A stretch of DNA of 63,569 bases, counting the filler, from Chiloscyllium plagiosum (lineage: Eukaryota), in NCBI RefSeq assembly GCF_004010195.1. It is 4 parts of 2 records of this genome, joined end to end, with 100 filler letters (N's around TTAATTAATTAA, not from the genome) between each part and the next. Parts side by side here need not be neighbours in the genome. Positions count along the whole stretch, not along the records: positions 1 to 17,411 come from NC_057711.1; positions 17,512 to 40,886 come from NC_057711.1; 2 more parts are not named here. One strand, given 5' to 3'. Shown here piece by piece: positions 12,830 through 25,418 of the stretch. The translations under genes and the position numbers were made by a program. Below the pieces are notes generated by a model that was not told the DNA's origin, ran no database searches, and was given only the letters and a program-made list of their open reading frames with translations. Position 1 is the stretch's first letter, and each line of letters begins with the position of its first letter.

Positions 12830-13768
12830 GGAGGTACATAGGACTGTGAAGAAGGTGTTTGGTATGCTTTCTTTTATTGGTCAGAGCGCTGAGTAGAGGA
12901 GTTGGGGAGGTCATGTTGCAGCTGTAACGGTTAGGGCACTTTTGGAATATTGTGTGCAATTAGATTAGATTAGATTACTTACAGTGTGGAAACAGGCCCT
13001 TCGGCCCAACAAGTCCACACCGCACCGCCGAAGTGCAACCCACCCATGCCCCTACATTTACCCCTTACCTAACACTACGGGCAATTTAGCATGGCCAATT
13101 CACCTGACCTGCAAATCTTTGGACTGTGGGAGGAGACCGGAGCACCCGGAGGAAACCCACGCAGACACGGGGAGAACGTGCAAACTCCACGCAGTCAGTC
13201 GCCTGAGGCGGGAATTGAACCCGGGTCTCTGGCGCTGTGAGGCAGCAGTGCTAACCACTGTGCCACCGTGCCGCCCACAATTCTGGTCTTCCTATCAGAA
13301 GGATGTTGTAAAATTTGAAAGTGTTCAGAAAAGATTTACAAGGATGTTGCCAGGTCTGGAGGATTTAGGGAGGGGCTGAATAGGCTGGGACTGTTTTCCC
13401 TGGAGCACCAAAGGCTGAGGGGTGACTTTATCAAGGTTTATAAAATCATGAGGTACATGGATAGGATTAATAGACAAGGTCTTTTCCCTGGGATAGGGGA
13501 GTCCAGAACGAGAGGGCATAGGTTTAGGAAGAGAGGGGAAAGTTATAAAAGGGACCGAAGGGGCAACTTTTTCATGCAGAAGGTGGTGCGTGTATGGAAT
13601 GAGCTGCCAGAGGAAGTGGTGGAGGCTGGTACAGTTACAGCATGGGTATATGAATAGGATGGGTATAGAGGGATACAGGCCATGTGCTGGCAAATAGAAT
13701 GCGTTTAGGTTAGGACATCTAGTCAGCATGGATGAATTGGGTGTGCTGTACATCTCTATGACTCTATA
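12830..13768 (+). mobile_element. CR1/HER1 LINE 3' fragment interrupted by a SINE
   Basis: QFWSSYQKDVVKFESVQKRFTRMLPGLE...RGNFFMQKVVRVWNELPEEVVEAG and the 3' tail. Confidence 0.92.
12961..13278 (-). mobile_element. Young full-length HE1 V-SINE
   Basis: Intact head GGGCGGCACGGTGGCACAGTGGTTAGCACTGCTGCCTCACAGCGCC, V-domain and (CTAAT)n tail. Short CAAT(T) TSD within the host LINE. Near-identical to 61152-61463. Confidence 0.95.
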
Positions 13769-16317
13769 ACATCAAAGTAGGATTATCTCAACACTGGAAT
13801 CGAGATACATATACCCACTGACCTGACATTTCAGTTTTGTCTACCTCTGCCAATAATGTATTTTCCTGATTTGTTTGTCTGTATGTGTGTGTAAGAGGCC
13901 ATTTATAAGGGGAATGGAGTTTAGTTTGCAGTGTTACGTGCCAGTGGTTTACATCTGTTTACCTGTATGTATAGTCCAATTATAATATGTAATGTTTATT
14001 TATACATGAACTATGCTAAGCACTGTTTGTGATTTCTACCAACCTTAGTCTAAAGTCAGCTGAATTAGGGTTCTTGTGTACTTTTAAAAAAAAACAATTT
14101 TAACCATCTGTCTTTTAAAAATCCCTTGCTAACATTGAAGATCTCTATTGGATATCTCTTGAACATATTTGACTACAATGAATTTTTTTTTCTTGTCACC
14201 TTTTTAAAGATTGTGTTTCATTCTTTGTGTCGTTTGAGTGATGCTTCACTGTCCCTTTTCCCTGAAACATAACCTTTCAGAAAACCGGCTGCCTTAACAC
14301 TGCACAAATGCTCCGATGCAGTTCCACCAATGTCTTGTGCAAATTTATGATGATTCTGAGAATGTGGATTTTGTTTGAACTGCACTGTGGACCGAACATT
14401 GAGAAGGAAGGGAGTGGAGATGTTATGGAAGTTTTGGTATGAATGATTGTCACCTTTGCTATAAAATCTGGAGGCATTTTGACAGATGGTTTCTGAAAGC
14501 GTCAGCTCTCAAAAGACTATGGATTCTGTAACAAGTGAATTTGCCAAGACAGAAAAAAGATATATTTTCGCGAGTTAAGGTTATCTAGGGATATAGAGGA
14601 ATTTAATGAACATACATATAAATGAATTAGGAGCGAGAATTACTCAATTGATCTCTTGAGCCTGTTCTGCCATTTGATAAGATTATGCCTGATCAGATTG
14701 TGATCTCTACTTTCCAATCCATCCCCTATATCCTTTGACATTTGTCAGTCAAGGACCTACCTCACTCAGCCTTAGAAATATTCAATGGCGTTGCCTCTGT
14801 TGCTCTTTGGGGAAGGGAGTTCTACAGGTTAAAATTCCTCAGAGAAACCTTTCTCCACCTTAAATGGAAAGGTGAGTAAAGGGAATTGAGGAAACGATCA
14901 GCCATTATTTAACTAATTGGTAGCATTGGCTTGGGAGGGAGCAATGAGTTATTCATATTCCAATGTTCTTGTACCTTTGAATGCTGATCAGATGTAAAAT
15001 AAGTATCAAAATGTCAGAATGCTTAGCACACAAAGCATTCAAAGTGATTGAAACAAAATCTAAAGAAGATCCACTGGACCTGAAACATTAACTCTGCTTT
15101 CCCTCAACAGATGTTGCCTGACCTGCTGAGATTTTCCAGCAATTTCTGATTTCCAGCGTCTGCATTTCTGGTGTTTTGTTTTTGTTCGAAGTGATTGTTT
15201 TGATTACGGTTGGTAGCTCAGCTGTTGTTGTGGTGATTTTCCAATTCAACCAAAAATGTGTGCAAGAAGGTACAGCAACAAAGAGCCCTGCACGTGTGAG
15301 TTTGCAGCTGTTAGAGAGCACAGACCTCAGTAACCTACTGTATGCCAGCTGCCATTTAACAGCTGCGAAAATGCAGTAATTCATCCAGCTCCCACAGGGT
15401 GCCAACCTGGGGCTTGCAGAAATATGCAGGAAAGTTAGCCCATTTCTTCATTTGCTAAAGCTGCCCAATCCTATCGCCATCCCTCAAAGCCCCCACCTGC
15501 TAAAATGAGAATCACCTTTATACCCAGCCTGGAACGTGGTCTGTTCTCACCAAGTAACTGCTTTTCATTAGGCTGCTTACCAACTGAGGTTGAGGATGAG
15601 ATTTACCAACATTGTACTAGGGATGTGATGTTTCAATCACCCGAAGAGAGAAAAGAATCTAGACTTAAAATGGACTAAACTTCTTCAGTTGTAACTCCTC
15701 TATCGTCCTCAGCAAGCTTCATCACATGAAACTATTAACTAAATCTGATATTGTTAATAGATGCAAGTGTCAGCTGTCAAGTGTTAGATTAATATGCTAC
15801 CCTTCCTCTCACTTTATACAGTTTGGGTTACTTTGTGCAAGCCTACGTCCCAATTAATTTACGCTGTTTTGAAAGTGATGTCAACGTGATTTTAAAGTGA
15901 TGCTGTTCAGTCTAATTTTTTCAAGGCAGTTGAACTGACTGTTAACATCTTTAGTGAATACTAAGTGTGTACCAATGTCATTAGTTTCTCACTGTTTGAT
16001 GTTGGCATGGGCACAGTTAAGGTTTCTTGCCCTAGATTTCCATTTTCTTTCAGATTGATCAGATCTTATTTCACACTCTCTGAATTCTGTCCAGAGAGGG
16101 GTTTGTGAAGGGCCTGCTCTGCGCTGTACTGTTCTATGTTCTAACAGAGCTAGAGTGTTGCATCTAGTACAAGAACATAAGAAATTGGAGCAGAGTAGAC
16201 CAAACAATCCCTTCAGCCTTCCCCTTCATTCAATATGGTTGTTGCAGATCATTGTCCTCAGCTCCAGTTTACTTGTCCCCCACATACCTCGAATCCAAGA
16301 AACTAAACATCTGTCCT

Positions 16318-16672
16318 AGAGTTATACAGTACTGAAACAAACCCTTCGGTCCATGCCGACCAGATATCCTAAATTCATCTAGTCCCATTTGCCAACATTT
16401 GGCCCATATCCCTCTCAACCATTCCTATTCATATAACCATCCAAATGCCTTTTTAAATGTTGTAATTGTACCAGCCTCCACCACTTCCTCTGGCACATTC
16501 CATACACGCACCACCGTCTGCTGGAAAAAGTTGCCCCCCAGGTCCCTTTTAAATCTTTCCCCTCTCACCTTAAACCTGTGCCCTCTAATTTTGGACTTCT
16601 CTACGCTGGGAAAAGACCTTGGCTATTCACCCTATCCATGTCCCTCATGATTTTATAAACCTCTCTAAGGTC
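16318..16672 (-). mobile_element. CR1/HER1 LINE 3' fragment
   Basis: Same 3' sequence as 3825-4321. Confidence 0.9.
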
Positions 16673-17074
16673 ATTTTCAAAAACATATGTAAAAACAATA
16701 TTTTTTTACAAAATAATTATTGTCACGAATTGACAATATGACTTAGGCAGCTAGCTGTTTGAGCAGAATTAGTTATACAGTGTACAATAATTGTACAGCA
16801 AGCATATTATAGAATAAGACTTTGCCTCCTTGAAACTCAATACGATAGATCCTCAATGGGCACATCTCCAATTTATATCCAATGCTGATTAAATCACCTT
16901 TTTAACCTCTTCTGATCTCAGGAGAATAATTCCAGATTCTCTAGCATCTTCAGATTACTGAAGCATCACATTGCTCCTAAAATCTTAGTAAATCTCATCT
17001 GCCACCTCTCCAAGACACTGACATGTTTCTTGAGGAGTGCTACCAATAATAGATGCAACACTCTAGCTCTGTTA

Positions 17075-17900
17075 GAACATAGAACAGTACAGCACAGAAC
17101 AGGCCCTTCAGCCCACAATGTTGTGCCGACCATTGATCCTCATGTATGCACCTTCAAATTTCTGTGACCATATGCATGTCCAGCAGTCTCTTAAATGTCC
17201 CCAATGACCTTGCTTCCACAACTGCTGCTGGCAACGCATTCCATGCTCTCACAACTCTCTGTGTAAAGAACCCGCCTCTGACATCCCCTCTATACTTTCC
17301 TCCAACCAGCTTAAAACTATGACCACTCGTGTTAGTCATTTCTGCCCTGGGAAATAGTCTCTGGCTATCGACTCTATCTATGCCTCTCATTATCTTGTAT
17401 ACCTCAATTAGNNNNNNNNNNNNNNNNNNNNNNNNNNNNNNNNNNNNNNNNNNNNTTAATTAATTAANNNNNNNNNNNNNNNNNNNNNNNNNNNNNNNNN
17501 NNNNNNNNNNNCTTTCTCGTGCCCCCTCCTGGCTCTCCTCAGACCATTTTTGAGCTTCTTCCTCGCCTGCCTGTAATCCTCTAGAGTTGAGCTTGACCCT
17601 AGCTTCCTCCACCTTATGCTAGCTACCTTTTTCCTTTTGACAAGAAACTCCACTGCTCTCGTCATCCAAGGTTCCTTTATCTTACCACTTCTTGCCTGTC
17701 TCAGAGGGGCATATTTATTCATCACTTGCAACAACTGTTCCTTAAACAGTCTCTACATGTCTATAGTGCCTTTACCATGTACAATTGCTCCCAATCCATG
17801 CTTCCTAACTCATGTCTAATCGCATCATAGTTTCCTCTTCCCCAATTAAATATCCTCCCATTTTGCCTAATCCTCTCCTTCTCCATAGCTGTGTAGAATG
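17075..17900 (-). mobile_element. Young CR1-type LINE ORF2 pieces on either side of an assembly gap
   Basis: MRGIDRVDSQRLFPRAE...FFTQRVVRAWNALP (C-terminus) and KYAPLRQ..EPWMTRAVE..LRRARRGHEK (EN-RT linker); (TTCTATG)-like tail at about 17075. Confidence 0.9.
17412..17511. other. Assembly gap with artificial linker
   Basis: 44 N + TTAATTAATTAA + 44 N. Confidence 0.98.
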
Positions 17901-18562
17901 TAGAATCATTGATCTAAGCAATGATTTGTAAAGATTTACCATGACTTGTTGTTTATAAAGCTAAGAATCCTGCATGTTTTTTTAGCAGGCAGTCTTAACC
18001 TATTTGTTCTTTGCCTTCATAGATTTGTATCTGTCTTCCAGATCATAACAATCTGCTGTTTGAAAGATGGTAGAAGCAAATACAGAACCAAATTTTCAAA
18101 AAGGAACTGGATATATTCATGAAAAGAAAGAATTGGCAAGATTGCAAAGAGTGGAGAACTTGGACTGTTGGGTGGCTCTTTCAAAGAGAGAACATGTGCA
18201 TGATGACCAAACAGCTTCTTCCTGTGCTGAAGAACTCTATGATTCCTTGTTGGCACGAGTGCTCTGATTCAAAAATGAAGCAATAGTCTCATAAAATTGA
18301 AGCAAAAGTTCACAAGTAAAGAACATGACAGAAAATGGAACAGTTCTGTGCATGCTTTGCAGTCTGGATTACCAGGGGTATCAAGGATTCTGTCTGCCCC
18401 AAGCGAAACAGAGGGGAAGATAAGGTCAATAGGTCTGAGGCTGAAGCTCAGATTGCATTGATTTAACCTAAGGAGGCAGTGAGTTCAGTGAGAGAACCTG
18501 GTGTTGGATATATAACATGCTACAGTGGGATTTGGGCTTGTGATGATGTCTTCAGTAGAATG

Positions 18563-19814
18563 ATGTGGAAGTGCTGATGTTGGACTGGGGTGGACAAAGT
18601 TAAAAGTCACACAACATCAGGTTATAGTCCAACAGATTTATTTGGAAGTACAAACTTTCGGAGCGCTGCTCCTACATCAAGTAGCGAGAGGAGGAGGATC
18701 ATATGACACAGAATTTATAGTAAAAGATCAAAGTGTCGTACAACTGATGCGATGTATTGAACAAACTTAGATTGCTATTATGTCTTTAATCACTTAGAAT
18801 GGGTTGTGACTTGGCCAACGTTTTCTATCTCATTTACTGCAGGCAAGGCATGGTACAATGGTGAGGTCAAGCTGATGCTACAACAATGGATGAATGGATA
18901 CCGCGTAACCATCGCCAGACAGGATGTTCCCTCCCAGTCGGGGAACACTTCAGCGGTTAGGGACATTCGGCCTCGGATCTTCGGGTGACCATCTTCCAAG
19001 GCGGACTTTGGGATACGCAACAAAACAGAGTGGCCAGGCAGAGGCTGATAGCCAAGTTCAGTACCCATGAGGATGGCCTCAACCAGGGTGTTGGGTTCAT
19101 GTCACACTAACAGGTGACCCCATTACACTATACACTCTCTCTCTCTCTCTCACACACACATACACACACACTTTTACATAATCACACACTCACGCAGACT
19201 CTCTCTCATAGACACGCTCCTTCTCTCAGACACACCCCCACACTCACATGCACACCCTCTCACAGGCATATTCTCTGTCAAATGCCCATACACTCTCCCT
19301 ATCTCCCACACACACATACACTCTCTGATTTCCTCAATCTCTCTCTCTCCCACACACACATACACACACACACATAAGTCTATGGAGTGAATTTGCATTT
19401 GCAGATTTGTATTTTGAGATACATTCTATTTTGTTCAAAAGCACACAACCTGTAGGCAGTCTGTGAAATTTTATATAAATTCCTACTTTGGAAACAAAAC
19501 CGGTCTGACTCAAGGTTAGAATACAGACAGACTCTAACCTCACACCTTTAATGCATTGTCTGAGCTGAGGGATGTCACCTTTTTTCATAAAATCATAAGT
19601 TATCTCAAGAATGTGACATGAAAAATATTCTGGAATTTACATATTAATGAAGTGAAACCTGCAACCCATTCTAAGTGATTAAAGATTTAACAGCTATCTA
19701 GGTTTGTTCAATACATTGCATCAATTGTATGACACTTTGATCTTTTACTATAAATTCTGTGTCCTATGATCCTGCCCCACTAGCTACATGACGAAGGAGC
19801 AGCGCTCTGAAAGC
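18563..19814 (+). mobile_element. 5'-truncated Penelope-like element (family A) with inverted pLTR at its 5' end
   Basis: 18563-18806 is the reverse complement of the family A terminus. 18810-19814 matches 9375-10293 (GIY-YIG end CRQGM.WYNGE.K, CA-rich tract, pLTR with degenerate hammerhead ATGACGA..GAAAGC). Confidence 0.9.
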
Positions 19815-21284
19815 CATGTCCCATCAGAAAGGTGGACCAACCTTGAAGTAATTAGGAAGAGCAGGAAGAAGAGAAAGGAAGGTTATGCAGCCAATCACAA
19901 CCCTCCCCCACTCTCTCTCTCTCACACACACATAGTCATCGTGGTCTCAATCTAACATTTCTTGGAACTGCCAACTAAAAGTGCAGCAGCTGCATTTTAA
20001 GAATAAGATCTAGTTTATAGTTCAAGGAGTTGCAATTTGACCTGTTTATTTGGGCTATGAGTTTGCAGTGAGCACTGCCAAACTTTCTTAGGAACAGTAA
20101 TCGAAAGACAGAAGATTGGATGTGCTGGAAATCTTTCTGTTTTACTCCTTACACGCCTTTTACTGCCAGCTTACATATTAATAATTTGGAGTGGATTACA
20201 AACCTGAATTCCCACACGTTTGCCCAAACACATAACTCTAGCCTGGCACCTCAGTCTTCCCAATTAATGTCTCAACAAATTGAAGAAAAATGGAAAGTAA
20301 TCTTCACACTCAGACATTGTGAATCTTGCCATGTGTGCGGCACTTGTACAGACTTGAAACACTGAATATTTAGTTGAACTGGCCATGTATATAAACATGG
20401 CACATTTACTATATTTCTCTATGTTCAATTGAATGCAGAGCACAAATTGGCTCAGGATAAATAAAGCTTTAGATTCAATGTGGGCTCTATTACAGAGTCA
20501 GCTGTTCACTCGTAACCAACAGGTGTACATAAAGAAGGTCATTCAAAGCAGCAATTAAGATAACTATGCGTTTCATCTGGGTGGGAAGTACGATAGTCAA
20601 TCTCTCTCAATAGAAACATTGAATCTGCTCTGTTTGCATTGATTGTAACTCGCCATTTGTCCAATTTTCTCCACATACTGTTGCATTGACTGTCATTGCT
20701 TGCCTTTCAAATGGAATGATGGGGGGATTAAACATTCTACACAGCATGCTTTCATTGACAAAATTAACTGTAAAACTTTTGATATAATTCAGTCAGTCTT
20801 TGAGAACATCACTTGCTTCTGTTTGATCCTTCATTATTCCTAAATGACTGCTTTGTGTTTCCAGGATTGTTAATGGTGAGCACATATAGAGATATACACA
20901 GCTTAAAGAATCAATGCAGTCAAGAAAAAGAAGGCAAAACATGATGTGGCTTAATTTTATTTTGTTTGCCCAATCAGGTGACATACTTGAGTAAAATAGT
21001 AATACAGCTAATGTCACAACTGTGTGATCCCATTACTGGACTGCTGTAACATCTAGGCTGATATGGACTAGCATTGCTGTAGATTTGACTAAGACCCTTG
21101 ATATAGATACATACCTGCAGTCTTGTGACAAATTCTACATTAGCATGACAGGAATTCCATGGTTAACACAAGACTACTGAGCTATCTTTGTGCAGTGAGT
21201 TAGACTTATCACAGTGAACAACATCATTGTATATTTATATAGCTCTTATAACACTATAGCCAGGCTTGACAGCAATATTCCAAC

Positions 21285-22400
21285 TGGTAAGTGGCAATTA
21301 ACATTCACGCAGTAAAAGTGCCTGGAACTCCCTCCCTGTTGGCATTGTGGGTCAGCCTACAGCATGTGGACTGCAGCAGTTCCAGGAAGCAGCTCACCAC
21401 CACCTTCTCAAGGGCAACTAAAGACAAGCAATAAATGCAAGCCCAGCCAGCAATGCCCATATCCCATGAATGAATAAAAAAAAGCCAATGATCATCTCCA
21501 ACGGGAGAGAGAGAATCTAACCTAGAACATGGAAGATGATGGGATAGTGTAGGAGCACAAGCTGAGAATAGTTCACAGGTTGGCGCAATATCGATGGCCG
21601 AAGTATTGCACTGTATTGTTCTATGTTCTATGTTCCCATCACTGAATCCCCACTATCAATGCCCTAGGGGTTATCATTGACCAAAAACTGAACCAGACTA
21701 ACCACATAAATATTGTGGCTCCAATACCATGTCAAGGTCTAGGAATCTTGCAGCAAGCACCTCACCTGACACACCAAAGCCTATCCACCATCTATAAGGT
21801 AAAAGTGAGGAGTGTGGTAGAATACTCCCCACTTGCCTGGATGAGTGCAACTCCAACAACAGTCAAGATGTTTGATGCCATTTAGGATAAAGCAGCTCAA
21901 TCACTGGCACCCTAACCACAAACGTTCACTCCCTCTACCACCATCATACAGTCGCAGCAGTGCACGCCATCAACAAGATGGACTGTTACCATTCACAAAA
22001 GCTCCTTAGACAGCACAGTCCAAACATGTGCACCCTACCCCTAGAAGGACAATGGCATCTGATACAAAGGAACATGACCTTCTGCAAGTTTCCCTCCAAG
22101 CCAGTCACTATCCTGATTTGGAGAAAGTGAGGACTGCAGATAATGGAGATCAGAGTGAGAGTATAGTGCTGGAAAAGCACAGCAGGTCAGGCAGCATCCA
22201 AGGAGCAGGAGAATCAATGTTTTGGGATGATGAAGGACTTACACCTGAAATGTCGATTCTCCTGCTCCTCGGATGCTGCCTGACTTGCTGTGCTTTTCCA
22301 GCACCACACTCTTGACATCATCCTGACTCGGAAATATATTATCATTTCTTCAGTGAGGCTAAATCAAAATCATGGATCTCCCTCTCTCTCAGCATTGGGA
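21285..22400 (+). mobile_element. Second CR1/L2-clade LINE family, RT C-terminal fragment with nested insertions
   Basis: LGVIIDQKLNQTNHINIVA..LGIL..QSLSTIYKVKVRSVVEYSPLAWMSATPTT; homologous to minus copy 56950-57650. Confidence 0.8.
22123..22319. mobile_element. Fold-back PLE family B terminus
   Basis: Inverted arms. TSD ATCCTGATTTGGA (22110-22122) / ATCCTGACTCGGA (22320-22332). Confidence 0.85.
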
Positions 22401-25272
22401 GACTACCACACTGTAAAAACCGCATCCTTTTATTTTTCTTTATTATAACTGAAATGAAACATATCTGTTTTAACATGAAGGATAGTGAAAGGAATTGGTG
22501 CATTTATATATTAAAAAAATCACCTGGAACTCAATGGGAATGGTTTTGGCACTGTTGCTTTACAGGCAGTGGGGGAGGAGAGATACAATGGTACAGCACC
22601 GGGGCAGGACAGTGGGGAGAATGTGTACAGAGTGAAGTTCGGCAGCAGTGTGCTGATTGGTTTGTGGATGTTGGGGGTCATCTGCCTGATTATAGCTCTC
22701 TGATTGGTTCCTGGGCAGCTAAACAACTGGTGTGTGTGAACAGAAGCAGAAGTTGTTCAGACTGGAAGAAGTAAGCTTAATGTCTCTATTGCTCTGCAGG
22801 AAAAGTAACTGAAGCCCAAAAGAAGTCAGTTATTTTCTCACACCTGTTCCGGTAAGCTGCCATCTTTAATCAATAACAAAGAGACTTGTGGTTGGTGTAC
22901 CAATCACCCTGAAGAAATGAAGAAATCATTCCTATGAAGAAATGACAGAATCCAGAAAGGAGACTGAAATACATAAGGTCTTGGGAAGCTAAAGGAACAT
23001 CCCATCAAATCCTGTCAACTGGTGCTATTAGACTGTATTTTCCCAATATTTTATCCTCTACCTATAAGATATCTACAATCCTCTAACTCCAGCCTCAACA
23101 GCATTCCAGATTTGGATTACTCAATCATTCACAACTGTGCTGTAGCTATTTCAGGCCTAAGCTCTGAAATTCTCTCCTTGAACCCTGTCCACTTTCTATT
23201 CCTACCTCTGTGACTAAGCTTTTGGTCATAGACCCTAAAAAAAAAACAAACGTGTCTCAAAGTCGTATGTGACATTTGGCTTTATAAGGCTTCGGAGGGA
23301 CTAACTGATCTATTCCTGCTCCTAGTTCTTGTATTCTTTATATTCTGAGCACCATCAAGGAGAGAAGTCTGAAGCTTTGCTCTTGGGTCAGGAGTGCAAA
23401 GTCAAGACTATTGCCAGCTTCGCAAACACCTCCAAGGAGAGAGTTTCCTGGAAGTTCTGATTTCCATTCCAGAGGAATGGGTGAAACCGGGAGTCCGGGC
23501 TGCCAGAAGTGGTCGGAGACAGCTGGGTTTGGAGGTGGACTGAGCAGAAGGATGGTCTTGGTGCTCCGACACTGTGTGGCAGCTGTGAGGAAAACAATGA
23601 AACAAAAAGGAGCCGTCATCTCTCAGACCCGATCAGCCCCATCCCGCACAGACACTCCCCACGCCAGACCATGCCAGCTCATGAACCCCAGCCAATTCCC
23701 CACTGTTCCTCAGACCCTCTGTGACACTTTACACGCATCATCTGCCATGCATGGCTTTTTATAGCGACCAATTTAATGGCAACCCAACCCATGCCCATTA
23801 CCCCTTTTCCTTACACCCTTCATGTCTATTCACTCAGTATCCAGCATAGGAAGACCACAGACCTCATGCAGAGATTAAATGAAGTTTGCAAGTGTCCGTC
23901 AATGAATTTTGTTTTAAAAATAAACTTTCTTTGATAAAAAAACTCATTCAGTACATATGACTCCTGAGAGAAGTTGACAGTGAGCACATTTTTCAGTTGT
24001 TAGCCCATGCTGAAGTTGAAGGTGACCATTTGAAGGGTCTGTCAGCAATCCCCAACTTTTAAACCTGCTACCTGTTGACAAACACACTTACCAAATTAGT
24101 TTATAATTTTACCCGACTTCCCATAGAGTCAACATCATAATGCAGATTCAATTCAACAGCGTGAACACAAATCTAACTCACCAGGGTAAACACAGGCCCA
24201 CCACAGTGAAGACCGAGCCACTAATGTGAACACAGATTCACCCACATGAGAAAGCAGACTCACAGCAACAGGCATTACCAACGAGGTCTGCCATGGCTTG
24301 TGCAGCAAATTCATGTTTCCACCATCTTACATTCTTGAAGAACCGAGATCACCTTTTGCCAATATGAAATTTAACTGACCTGCTGAAAGAAATTACTACA
24401 AATATAGCTAATTGGTCAACACATAGCCAGTTTTGTTGCTGTGCCTCTTGCTTGACTGATTCAGCCACAAGCCTTCTGCCAACACTAGATGGCAATCTGC
24501 TGTGCTGCTGGCAGTAAAATCCCTCCACCAGCAAGATTGTCGTGAGAATGCTGCTCGAGAAGGCATGAATTACAGTTGTGTTCCATCAAACAAAACAATA
24601 AACACCTGAGGACAGGTCATGCTGCTAATTATGATGGGATGTGATTATTGTGGTTCAGGTTGCTGTGGGACCTAAGTATTCATGCCCTCAATCACATTGA
24701 ATTGAGTAAATTCTGCAAGGAGATTTGCTCTCCACAGGTTGCTCTAACTTCCCATATTCTGCCTGTTGTAACTTTCTAGTTGGATAAGAGTTAAACTCCA
24801 ATGTTTGTTTGTTTTCTTCAAATGTTACTGTACAGAACCAAATTGCTTTAGTGACTGTTTGTTTTTTTATGAATAATGTTTATTTTTGAGATTAAATAAA
24901 GGTATCTTTCTTGTATCCTGGTCAATATCTATTCATCAAGCAATGTCTCTAAAAGAGAGGTTTCGCTTTTTTGCTTCCTTAGTGCTTATGAATCTTGCTC
25001 TGCTGTATTTTCCTACATTGTCACAGCGACTTATGTACTTGATCAGTTGTGAAAATAGTTTGATGCAAACTGAGGCAGTTAACAAGTATTTTCCAAATAC
25101 AAATTCAATGTCTCAGATAATGGCTTCTCTCAACAGCAAAGATATGCAAAGGAGAGGTTTTTTGTTTTACGGATGACAAAATGTTTTGATCAATATACAG
25201 CCAAGGAAATACATATTAAAAAACAGTTTAATAATATTTTAATCTCTTGATTAGTATAGTTACCAGTGACAG

Positions 25273-25418
25273 AGTCAAAAAGTGTTGTGCTGGAAAAGCA
25301 CAGCAGGTCAGGTAGCATCCGAGGAGCAGGAGAGTCGACGTTTGAAGAGCTTATGCTCGAAATGTCGATTCTCCTGCTCATCTCTTGATCTCCAGCATCT
25401 GCAGTCCACACTTTCTCC
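25273..25418. mobile_element. Fold-back PLE family B terminus (internally deleted)
   Basis: Inverted GAGCAGGAGAGTCGACGTTT / AAATGTCGATTCTCCTGCTC. TSD TAGTTACCAGTGACAG (25257-25272) / TAGTTACCGGTGGCAG (25419-25434). Confidence 0.85.

Noticed and set aside
13200..13278. tRNA gene
   Set aside because: tRNA-derived SINE head continuous with V-domain and tail; no independent cloverleaf gene or terminator.
12984..13379. ORFs such as GNLAWPIHLTC..DCGRKPEHPEETHADTGR (also 2351, 6018, 61075)
   Set aside because: Antisense translations of HE1 SINEs, not genes.
17412..17511. Palindromic TTAATTAATTAA recurring three times (also 40931, 61587)
   Set aside because: Always centred in identical N runs and gives stops in all six frames: an artificial scaffold linker. 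ORFs ending in X..LIN are artefacts.
21140..21170. GAATTCCATGG resembling miR-146
   Set aside because: Seed region absent and no precursor hairpin.
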